Positions 49,416 to 61,900 of a DNA stretch of 64,000 nt are shown in pieces (the stretch's first letter is position 1; every line of letters starts with the position of its first letter). The notes below the pieces were generated by a model, which was not told the DNA's origin, ran no database searches, and saw only the letters and a program-made list of their open reading frames with translations. Source of the stretch: Podarcis tiliguerta (taxonomy: Eukaryota); the NCBI GenBank assembly GCA_965153285.1, contig OZ229113.1; one strand, 5' to 3'. The position numbers and the translations under genes are program-made.

Positions 49416-50104
49416 GAACGCTTGTTGTTGCTGCAAAAGACTTAACATGCCTAGCCCTCAAGAAAAGGGAAAAATACATTATTGCAGACAGGCACATGGT
49501 GAGGAAAAAAAAATACACACGGTGGCATTTTTTTAAAAAAAATCCAATTTATTTAAATGAAAGGATATGGATATGCAAGCTTGCAAAAGCAGAACTTGTT
49601 TGCACAGGACTCTTCCTTTTGAACTTTCCCTTTTGTCTGGATCTGAGAGAGCAGAGTTTTATAGTTCTAGCCTTAGAGTTTTTTCATTCAGCTTGTATAG
49701 CATTCTGACCTTACCTGGAAGTAAACCCTATGGTATACAGTGGGACTTGCTTCCAAGTAAACCACATAGGATTGCACTGGAAGTGTATTAAATATTGAAC
49801 CATTGTTGGATAAAGATATTATGCAGATTGACAGCTATCTTGCATTAAGATGGAATGTAAAATGCTGTGCAGATGTTTTCCTTTCCTTCTGCTTCTTTAG
49901 ATAGTTAAGTTGAGAATAGTGGAGGCAAACATTCTAATGTATCTCCTGCTTCCAGATCTCCATAAACATGTGCCTGCGCCATTTTCACCCACCCACATCC
50001 ACAGTTCCAATCCAGCCCCCATCACTGCTTTGAGCTTTTCTTATTCTTGACAAAATGTCTAATATCATTTCAGGAATCAATAAAAGAAAGTCCCAGATAA
50101 CTAA

Positions 50105-50383
50105 ATGTTGAAGTCCTCTTTCTGGCGTGAGTCTCCATCTGACCGGCGCACTCGGAAAATTAGGAGCAGGCGCTCTTCAGTTGAGGAGATGGATAACCCA
50201 TGGAATCTGCAACGAAATGGGACTATAGGCACCATCCCATCACTGTTGCCAGAAGAAGCTAAATCTATACAATATTTTGCTACACCAAATGTATTTGCTC
50301 CATCAAAAATGGAAGGCTTTGTGTTCAGTCCCATAAAACAAGAGGATGTGGATCAACTGGGAAAACAAAACCAACCTAATAAA
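50105..50383 (+). CDS. MX1: Mx-B first coding exon (93-aa N-terminal domain)
   Basis: Acceptor tttcag ending at 50073, open frame to gtaagt donor, phase 0; second in-frame ATG at 50189 (MDNPW). Confidence 0.75.
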
Positions 50384-53300
50384 GTAAGTCTTTTGAGTTA
50401 ATATGCACCTTGTTAGCACTGAAATACTGCAATTTAGAGCCAACTTTTTAGTCAAGGTTGTGCATTCTTGACACTAAACAAATCTAGGATTGTATGCCTC
50501 AGAAATCCAGATTACTGGCCAAGAAAATCTGAAATTATGTGGGTCTGCATAATTACTCTTATTTTCTGAAATTTATCCTGCTGCTTCTCCCTTGAGCCCT
50601 GCTTGTAACTAAAGTCATACCTTGGAAGCAGAACGCCTTGCAAGTCGAGCGTTTTGGCTCCCGAATGCTGCAAACCCAGTGAGTGTTCCGGTTTGCGAAC
50701 ATTCTTTGGAACCCAAACATCCAGTGCGGCCTCCGATTAGCTGCAGGAGCTCCCTTGGTTTCCAAATGTTTTGGAAGTCGAATGGACTTCCGGAACGGAT
50801 CCTGTTCGACTTTCGAGGTATGACTGTACTGGATATCTTACTCAGCCACCCCTCTGGCTTTGGAGAGCTTAACAGGTGTTGCCCACACACTCTCAAGAGT
50901 ATAGGCTCCTAGCCATAAGAGCCTGTGTGAGGGTTCAGGGAGCAGATGTTGGAACAGGACCCATTACAAGACTAGTAGGGGAAGGAAGGATGGATGGAGA
51001 GGGGAAACCACAAGGGAGGCCACTGTCTTCCTCTCTAGATGGCCAGTTGTCTTGAGTGAGAGGGAATCTTTCTCATGGGAACTAACCTGCCTGGTGTGTT
51101 GTCTTTTTCTGGAAGGAGACTGGTTATGAATCAACTATGTTAGTGATGTTTGAGAATGATAACGAACACAAATTCTGCTCATGGTCCTGTTGGAATATTC
51201 TAGTTGCTAGGCAATGGAAAATTTCTCCAGCAACAGGTGTCCTTATCAGGGAAGTCTGGGTCAGTGTAAATGACTACAGTCATACCTCAGAAGTCGAAAG
51301 GAATCTGTTCTGGAAGTCTGTTTGACTTCCAAAATGTTCTGAAACCAAAGTGTGGCTTCTAATTGGCTGCAGGAAGCTCCTGCAGCCAATCAGAAGCTGC
51401 GGAAACCCTGTCGGACGTTCGACTTCTAAAAATAGTTCGCAAACCAGAATACTCACTTCCGAGTTTATGGTGTTCGGGAGCCAAAAAATCCAAGATCTAA
51501 GCTGTTCAAAAACCAATGTTCAATTGTATGTGAATGAGTCAGCATTAGGTATCTGGCCTGATGGCTAAAAAGAGAAAAAGATTATGTTGCCTTATTTGCT
51601 TTGCTCATTAATGACCAGTGGAAAGTTTTGTAAATAACATATACTCTGAGAAACAGGACCAGATGATGTTTATTCCTGTAATGGGAATTTCACTAAGAGA
51701 TAGCTGGAATGCTGCTGATGCTATAAAGAAGTAAAAGATGCAGAAAAGCCTTTCTGTAAAAAGGAACTCTTTTGCAGAAAGAAATGAAAACCCAAGAGTA
51801 AGATGCTCACACACCAAAAAGACGTGCCTAGCCTGGTCTAGAACCAATGCTACTTTTTGTGCATGTTCAGTGATCTTTTTGATCCAAGCTGCTCCTTTGA
51901 GTGTCACTCAGTGTTTGAAATACAATTCTGGCTTAGCTTTACATCTGACCCAAGGGCGGTTCTTTTGTTTCTTCATCGTAATTTGTTCGAATGAAACAAG
52001 CCCCCAGTTTAGACATAACTTCAGAGATTGTGTTTTGTGGTCCCATTTGCGCAAAGCAGGAGTTTTCTCCCTATTCAAAGCAAACCATTAACCACGGCTC
52101 AGATGATGTATGAATAGAGCCACATACTAAAATGGAAGTGAACTGTGTATTTGTGTGTTTTTAACCAGAAACCAGAAAACACCTTATTCAACCAATACGA
52201 GGAGAAGATCCGCCCTTGTATTGACCTCATTGATACCCTGAGAGCCCTCGGAGTGGAGAAGGACTTGGCATTGCCAGCAATTGCTGTGATTGGAGATCAA
52301 AGCTCAGGGAAAAGCTCAGTTCTGGAAGCTCTTTCTGGAGTCGCTCTTCCAAGGGGCAGTGGTGAGAAATCCCGCCGGCTTTTCCTTCTGGGAAGCTTTG
52401 AGGATGTGCAAGTTCAGAGATTTTTTAACTTCAGTGTTCCTACTTTATAAGAGGCATCTTTATTTTCTAAAGTTACCTTCTCTTTGGTGTCTTTGCCTGC
52501 ATTATTTTAACATCTCAGAGGGTTGGATACACTTCAAAGAAAGCAATGTTACCAGTTAGAAGTCTCTCATTTATGAGAAACTAAATTGATTTTAAAAAAA
52601 TCTTTTTGTAATATTATCGGGGGGGGGAGGGGAATGGCACTGTTCACCTATAAGGTTAAGTGCAAAGATTTTAAGATAGCTGCCTACATCTGCAGTATTG
52701 CTCAGATTATTTATGGAGGTCCATTTTAGGAGCTGATTTTGCCCTAGAACTAGGTGTCGTTTCATCATAATCCATGGGATTCTGCCTGTTTTTAGCAATC
52801 TTTAGGAAGTTTCTGTGAATCTGAATAACCTATACTTTTAATGAATTGGATTCTCTTCATGAACAGGCATTGTCACCAGATGTCCCTTAGAACTCAGGCT
52901 AAAAAAGCTGCAGCCTGGTGAAAAATGGAATGGGAAAATCAGTTACCTGGGAAAATATATGGAACTTGCAAATCCTTCAATGGTAGAAATAGAAATAAGA
53001 AAAGGTGAGTGTTGTGGTTTCCATTATAGTCAATAACAGATCATTATTTTCTTTCTTAATTTCCTTCTATTATAAATGAGAATATTTCTTCAACCAAATT
53101 CTATGTATAGTCCCAAAACCAGTGATGAGGTTTACCAGAAAATTTAGGGTAATTTTGCACTGGATTTTTTAAAATTAAAATAAGGTTTCTTATAAAATCT
53201 TATCCAATTTAGTGTATTTATTTTACTTTTATTTAGCAAACAAAGCTTAACACTTGATAACAATGAAGCTTCTCTCACGTTGTATTTGACATTGATTGTC

Positions 53301-55962
53301 ACAAATGAACTTATGAACTCATCAAAAACACACTGGATTTTTTTCCATTCTACATTGCTGGCCAAATATCTTCGATGGCTAAAGTTTGCAAGATGTGGAG
53401 GCTAATGCATTGCTGAAATCAAATGATGGCTCTTACGTGGCTTCTATAGTATTCTTCTAACCTTTCCCAGCTTTCCCAATTGCTGTCCTCCAGCAGGTTG
53501 GGTTTTTTTTAGGTTGGGGGGGAGAGTCTTGTGGGCATTGTGGTGTCACAGATGCCCCATGAAGGGGTCCCAGGTCTGCAATGATTGGCAGCTGCTATTT
53601 AGAAGATTCAGGCAGAGATGTTTCCCCCACTCCTGTCTCCCTGGAGATGGTTCAGAGATTGAACCATGGGAAATTCTGTATGCAAAAAACAACAGCCCTT
53701 GAAAATAAAACTGCACCATTGGAAACCAGAATTAACTTTTACAAGAAAATTTATAACGGTTCCGTTAACACTGTTTGATAAACATAGCCATATTAACCTT
53801 TCCAGTCTCAGAACTTCATTAATTATAAGAAGATACAGTCATACCTCGGGTTGAAGTTGCTTCAGGTTGAGTGCTTTTGGGTTGTGCTCCGCAGCGACCC
53901 GGAAGTAACGTAACGCGCTACTTCTGGGTTTCGCCGCTCGCGCATGCGCAGACAGTCAAAATGACGTCACACGCATGCGCGGAAGTGGCGAATCGCGGCA
54001 CGCGCAGTCACAGGTTGCATTCGCTTCCGGATGTGAACGGGGCTCCGGAACGGATCCCGTTCACATCCTGAGATACCACTGTACTGATTTTCTAAAGAGT
54101 TTTTCTTCCTTCCAAGTTTGGCACCTGTGTTGTATAACAAATGGTAGCCAGAAGAGGCTGCCAGTCCTATGACATGATATTCTGAAATGCTGATGTTAAA
54201 CTTTTTCTTGTTTCTTCATTCCAGCTCAGAACATAATAGCTGGTGATGGAGTGGGCATTAGTGATAAACTAATTACCCTTGAAATTAGATCTCCTGAAGT
54301 TCCAGACTTGACTCTGATTGATCTGCCAGGGATTGCAAGAGTGGCTGTGGGTAATCAGCCAGTAAATATTGGAGATCAGGTAAAACACTAAATATCTTGG
54401 CCAAGATAAGTGTACTGCATTCCTTACTAGGTTTCTGCTCCTTTCCTGCTGCTTCTTGCAAGCTCCCAGTCCTGGTGCTTTCTGCCTACCCCCTAAACTG
54501 GCAACCCCAGTCCTCTTTCAGCCTTGCATCTTGCCCAGTATATTATCCTGCCTTGATTCCTGTACTAGCTTCAACTTGGCTTAGGTAACTTTCTATCAGA
54601 CAGTGAAATAACTATACAGTAGCTCTAACAGCAGTTCTGTTTGTCTTCATTGCAGATCAAAAAGCTGATTAAAACATTTATTGATAAACAAGAGACAATA
54701 AATTTAGTGGTGGTTCCAAGTAATGTTGATATTGCCACAACAGAGGCGCTGAAAATGGCCCAGGAGGTGGATCCAAATGGAGAGAGAACTCTTGGTAAGG
54801 AGGCAAAATAATTCTCCTTAACTTTGATAATCTTGCACTGTTGAAATGAGTACATGCTTTTCAGATCCCAGAATGTCGGTATTTGTAGGTTGTTGTTGCT
54901 TTAAATGGTTCATGGTCACTGTTTGTTTAGTTCCTTAAATATTCTTTATTTATCTCACTAACCCACATGAAAACATGCGTTTCCTCTCTTCCTCATCATG
55001 AAGACAAGCAAAAGGTCCCCAATTCTATATAGGGAGTTTTGCTGGAGTGGCAGCTGGACTTTATTCAGCACTGGCAATGGGACAACATACTTCATCGTAC
55101 CTGAAAGTTAGCTTAGGGAATTCAGGGGAAGTGGTGGTTTCTCTATAATGTTTCAGTTGGCCCTGGTTCAAAGACACAATATTTTGCTTAATTCAACTGC
55201 AAGAAAGTAGAACTCTTTGGCCTGCATGATGGTTTTTGAGCCCTTGATTTTGCCAATGCAGGCAAGATGATTTCTATACAAGTGTGAATAGTCCTTCAAT
55301 TATGCGTCACCTTTGCCATTTTGTATTATGTTGGGTTTTTTCCTAATGTTTTTCCGTATTTCATCCCAAGGGATCGTGACAAAGCCTGACCTGATGGACA
55401 GAGGAACTGAGGGGACAGTTGTGAACATAGTGAGAAACCAAGTTATTCCCTTGAAAAAGGGATATATGATTGTGAAATGTCGTGGGCAGCAAGATATCCA
55501 GTCCAGCATGACCTTGGCCTCTGCACTCAAGGAAGAAAGAGCATTTTTCGAGAAACATAAATGCTTTAGGTACTCATGGACTGGAGAGTGATTTTTAAAA
55601 CAATAGTATAATTACAGTTACTTAAACGGCCTCGGTCCTGTATACCTGAAGGAGCATCTCCACCCCCATCGTTCAGCCCGGACACTGAGGTCCAGCACCG
55701 AGGGCCTTCTGGCAGTTCCCTTATTGCGAGAAGTGAGGTTACATGGAACCAGACAAAGGGCCTTCTCGGTAGTGGTGCCTGCTCTGTGGAATGCCCTCCT
55801 ATCAGATGTCAAGGAAATAAGCAGCTATCCTATTTTTAAAAGACATCTGAAGGCAGCCCTGTTTAGGGAAGCTTTTAATATTTAATGCTGTATTGTTTTT
55901 AATACTCGATTGGGAGCCACCCAGAGTGGCTGGAGAAACTCAGCCAGATGGGCGGGGTATAA

Positions 55963-55998
<36 letters not shown>

Positions 55999-58900
55999 TT
56001 ATAAACCACACTTTTCACAAGAAGCAAAGTAATATTGTGTAAAACGTAATGCAACACTAAAAACATCAGTGAGTTTAACTTCAATTGTTAGCATCAGATT
56101 TTCTAGTAAACATTTTCTTTGTTCCCATACAGTATCCTTCTACAGGAAAAAAAGGCCACAGTCCCCTTACTAGCCGAGAAACTGACAAGCGAGCTTGTGG
56201 AACACATTTCCGTAAGTTAGCAAAATGACACTTTAAAAACACCGAAACATCAACCCCAAAGTTTGTTTCTTTACTCATTACAAGTTTTTTCCCCCCAGCA
56301 CCATATACGTCCTTTCTTTCTTTCTTTTTTTCTTTTTAGAAATCTTTGCCCACTTTAGAAGAGCAAATAAGATTTCAACTCCAAAAAACATATACTGAAA
56401 TGCAGAGATATGGCAAAGCTGTGCCAAAAACCGATGGCGAGAAACAATATTTTTTAGCAGAGGTAAGTATACTGATGAAGACTCACGCTAAACTTTTCTA
56501 GTCTTAATAGTGTTATGCAGACAACATATGTCAGTGTAAGAGTATGTGAGCCTTGGAGGCATCCAGAACCAGCAGCCAATGTAAGATAAGTCATGAACCT
56601 GTCTTTGCTGTAAATCAAAGATGCTTTTTGTCATTTGAGTTTCTGACCTATCTCACTCTGTGTACAACACATTTAGCTACTTTTCTGTTCTGCCTACTGG
56701 AAAGCTATGTAAAGAGTTCATAAGGAGGAGAAAACGTAGCATAGTTATACACCAACAAAAACTGAAGTTAGTTTGTAACTCTATTCCCACTTACCTGGGA
56801 AGAAGCTTGATTGAACTCAGTGGTACTTCCTTCATAATGGTTGCCCATTTGCATTCTTACATACTTTGTCTCTTACATATTCTCAATTATTTTCTGGGAT
56901 GAATACTTCCAGTGATTACATTCAACTAATCTTAGGCCTCCAGTTTATTAATTAGTCATCCTGATTTGCTTGCACAAAGTTTACATGGTGGTTAGATGTT
57001 GTCTAGTCTTCGCTGAGCAGTCATTCAGATTTGTTGGTTGTTTATCCCACACTTTTGGGGCATTTTCCCATCACTATCCAAAGTGGATTGTGCTTTAATT
57101 CACTTTCATTGCACAAACATAAATTTCCAGTATTCTGTTTACTTTATCCCACAAAATACTGACAATCTGGAGTCAACTAAGACATACGCATTCTTTCTAA
57201 TATGAGCCATTCAGTTCCAAAATGATTACATTGCTCATAGCTTTATGGAGGCAAGTTCTGGAACAAATTTTGGATGCTTTTTTAAAAAAGATTGGATGTG
57301 TTTGTCTGCTTGGACACATTGCCAGTCAATTTGCTTGATCATTTTAACATTATGGACTTGCTGTCTGAGTTGAATTGATGTCTGCAACATAATTATTTAT
57401 GTATTTCATAAAATTTATATACTGCTTGATTGTAGGGGGGGTACTCAAATTAGTTTACAAAAAGATAACAAAAAAAATCTCTAAAAAAAAGTGCACCATA
57501 ATTAAAAACATACAAAAAGTTAAAGCCACAATAGAATAGACTAAAATAAATTAAAACTCATCAGAGCAGGACTTTCTAAATATTGCTAACATTGCAACAA
57601 AAATAATCACTCATTTTCATTGCTGAAAAAACACTTTGTTCAGATTTGAAACATGCACAAAACAAATTGTCTTTATAATCAACAAACCTCATTGCATCTC
57701 TTTAAATTGTTTGCTTTCACAGAAAATCGAGCACTTTATTGCAGATGTTGGAAGCACAGTACAAGGAGAAGAAAGTGTGTCTGAAAATGAAGCCAGACTG
57801 TTTACCAAAGTTCGTAAAGAATTTCAGAAATGGGGCGAAGGAGTTGCTAGTAGTGGCTTTAAAAGTAAGTACAGACTGTTAGGATATTTCCGTTCTACCT
57901 TAAAAGAGAGCAGGCTTTGTGAGTCACAGAGTCTGCGTATTTCCTGTTCACAGAAAGTTTCTGTTTGTGAATAGCTTTCGATTTCTCTCTGTGCCTGAGA
58001 CATCGAAGCAGGCAGTCATGTTTTCTCTTTGTTCTGAGCAACGCTGAATAAAGTTGTAAATATACTCTCCTGAGTGCATCTTTCGCTGTACAAACTCTGC
58101 TGATAGAGCGTGCACCAGCTCTGGAATGTGGCAAGCTATTTCTGAAGCTCGTGTCGCTAATTGAGTGATACTGTATCTACGGGAGATCGATGGATCGTCC
58201 GGAATCGACGTGGGGTCATGATGGCTTTTGTCTCCCTGGCAGTATCCCAACACAGACTACTCTGTGTCTAGAATAGCTCCTGTTTTAATAGCATCACATG
58301 TCCCTTCTAAACTGAGTCTCCAGGATTAGAAATGGCTACCTTAAAATAAAAAGGTGTGTGCATTTAAAAGAAATGCTGTACAAAGAACTTTGTTTTGAGG
58401 TAAGATGTTAAGTCCAGCTTATCCTTGTCTGGAGATTTTATCAACCTTAAATGGAAGGGGCGATGGAGTAACAGACATGATTAGGTTTAAGCAGGATGCA
58501 TCCTAAGATTTTGTGTTATCAGGCACCTGGGAGAAGCAGTGGATGATCTTTGGTTGCTTTTAAACCAACTGCGAAGGGAAAGTCCAATGCTGTAAAGAGA
58601 AATATTGCATAGGAACCGGAAATGTAAGAACCATGAACCTGGGTAAGTTGGATGTGGTCAAAAATGAGATGGCAAGAATAAATATTGACATCCTGGGCAT
58701 CAGTGAACTAAAATGGACAGGAATGGGCGAATTCAGTTCGGATGACTATCATATCTACTACTGTGGGCAAGAAACCCGTAAAAGAAATGGAGTGGCCCTC
58801 ATAGTCAACAAAAGAGTGGCAAAAGCTGTACTGGGATGCAATCCCAAAAATGATAGAATGATCTCGATACGAATCCAAAGCAGACCTTTTAACATCACAG

Positions 58901-61900
58901 TAATCCAAGTTTATGCACCAACTACTGGTGCTGAAGAAACTGAAATTGACCAATTTTATGAAGACTTAAAACACCTTATAGAAGTGACACCGAAGAAGGA
59001 TGTTCTTCTCATTATAGGGGACTGGAATGCTAAAGTAGGGAATCGAGATAAAAGGAACAACTGGCAAGTTTGGCCTTGGAGATCAAAACGAAGCAGAGCA
59101 AAGGCTAATAGAGTACTGTCAAGAGAACAAGCTGGTCATCACAAACACTCTTTTCCAACAACACAGGAGTCGACTCTACACATGGACATCACCAGATGGG
59201 CAGTATCAAAATCAGATTGATTATATTCTCTGCAGCCAAAGATGGAGAAGCTCTATACAGTCAGCAAAAACAAGACCTGGAGCTGACTGTGGCTCAGATC
59301 ATCAGCTTCTTATAGCAAAATTCAAGCTCAAACTGAAGAAAGTAGGAAAAACCACTGGGCCGGTAAGGTACAATCTAAACCAAATCCCTTATGAATACAC
59401 AGTGGAAGTGAGGAACAGGTTTACGGATTTAGATTTGCTGGACAGAGTGCCTGAAGAACTATGGATGGAGGCTCGCAACATTATACAGGAGGCAGCAACG
59501 AAAACCATCCCAATGAAAAAGAAATGCAAGAAAGCAAAGTGGCTGTCCAATGAGGCCTTACAAATAGCGGGAGAGAGAAGGCAAGCAAAATGTGAGGGAG
59601 ATAGTGAAAGATACAGGAAATTGAATGCAGATTTCCAAAAAATAGCAAGGAGAGACAAGAAGGCCTTCTTAAATGAGCAATGCAAAGAAATAGAGGAAAA
59701 CAACAGAATGGGAAGAACCAGAGATCTGTTCAAGAAAATTGGAGATAAAAAGGAATATTTCGTACAAAGATTACCATAATAAAAGACAGAAGTGGTAAGG
59801 ACCTAACAGAAGCAGAAGACATCAAGAAGAGGTGGCAAGAATACACAGAGGAATTATACCAGAAAGATACGGATGGCTTGTACACCCCAGGTAGTGTGGT
59901 TGCTGACCTTGAGCCAAACATCCTGGACAGTGAAGTCAAATGGGCCTTAGAAAGCACTGCAAATAACAAGGCCAGTGGAAGTGATGGTATTCCAGCTGAA
60001 CTATTTAAAATTTTAAAAGATGATGCTGTTAAGGTGCTACACTCAATATGCCAGCAAGTTTGGAAAACTCAGCAGTGGCCAGAGGATTGGAGAAGATCAG
60101 TCTACATCCCAATCCCAAAGAAGGGCAGTGCCAAAGAATGCTCCAACTACCGCACAATTTCACTCATTTCACATGCTAGCAAGGTTATGCTTAAAATTCT
60201 ACAAGACAGGCTTAAGCAGTATGTGGACCGAGAACTCCCAGAAGTGCAAGCTGGATTTCAAAAGGGCAGAGGAACCAGAGACCAAATTGCAAACATGCGC
60301 TGGATTATGGAGAAAGCTAGAGAGTTCCAGAAAGACATCTACTTCTGCTTCATTGACTGTGCAAAAGCCTTTGATTGTGTCGACCACAGCAAACTATGGC
60401 AAGTTCTTAAAGAAATGGGAGTGCCTGATCACCTCATCTGTCTCCTGAGAAATCTCTATGTGGGACAAGAACTGGATATGGAGCAACTGATTGGTTCAAC
60501 ATTGGGAAAGGAGTACGACAAGGCTGTATATTGTCTCCCTACTTATTTAACTTATATGCAGAATTCATCATGCAAAAGGCTGGGCTGGATGAATCCCAAC
60601 CCGGAATTAAGATTGCCGGAAGAAATATCAACAACCTCAGATATGCAGATGACACAACCTTGATGGCAGAAAGTGAGGAGGAATTAAAGAACCTTTTAAT
60701 GAGGGTGAAAGAGAAGAGTGCAAAATATGGTCTGAAGCTCAACATCAAAAAAAAGAAGATCATGGCCACTGGTCCCATCACCTCCTGGCAAATAGAAGGG
60801 GAAGAAATGGAGGCAGTGAGAGATTTTACTTTCTTGGGCTCCATGATCACTGCAGATGGTGACAGCAGCCACGAGATTAAAAGACACCTGCTTCTTGGGA
60901 GGAAGGCAGTGGCAAACCTAGACAGCGTCTTAAAAAGCAGAGACATCACCTTGCCAACAAAGGTCCGTATAGTAAAAGCTATGGTTTTCCCAGTAGTGAT
61001 GTATGGAAGTGAAAGCTGGACCATAAAGAAGGCTGATCGCCAAAGAATTGATGCTTTTGAATTATGGTGCTGGAGGAGACTCTTGAGAGTCCCATGGACT
61101 GCAAGAAGATCCAACCTTTCCATTCTGAAGGAAATCAGACCAGAGTGCTCACTGGAAGGACAGATCCTGAAGCTGAGGCTCCAATACTTTGGCCACCTCA
61201 TGAGAAGACTCCCTGGAAAAGACCCTGATGTTGGGGAAGATTGGGGGCACAAGGAGAAGGGGACGACAGAGGACGAGATGGTTGGATAGTGTTCTCGAAG
61301 CTACCAGCATGAGTTTGACTAAACTGCGGGAGGCAGTGGAAGACAGAAGTGCCTGGTGTGCTCTGGTCCATGGGGTCACAAAGAGTCGGACACGACTAAA
61401 CGACTAAACAACAACAATAACAACAAACCAACTTCAAGGCTCCTAGTTCTATTAAAAACACATTGAATAGGAAGAAACCTTTCAACCTCTATTTGGAACA
61501 CCTTAATAAAATACGTTACTGATGCTGAATTTTGTTGCTGGACAACAAATCCCTTCACCTCTGACTATTGACCATGCTAGCTGAAAATTAACAGTGGAGA
61601 GCACTGTGTTAGATAGGGACCCCTGACAGTTAAGTCCAGTCACAAACAACTCTGGGGTTGCGGCGCTCATCTTGCTTTACTGGCTGAGGGAGCTGACATT
61701 TGTCCGCAGACAGTTTTTCTGGGTCATGACTAAGCCACTTCTGGCAAAACCAGAGCAGCGCACGGAAATGCCGTTTACCTTCCCGCTGGAGAGGTACCTA
61801 TTTATCTACTTGCAGTTTGACATGCTTTCGAACTGCTAGGTTGGCAGGAGCTGGGACCCCTGTGCTGATTTGGGGACTTCTGTAATGAAAAATGATGGTG

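Noticed and set aside
60539-61252. 237-aa minus-strand ORF (and those at 9196 and 9922)
   Set aside because: Antisense shadow of the BovB ORF
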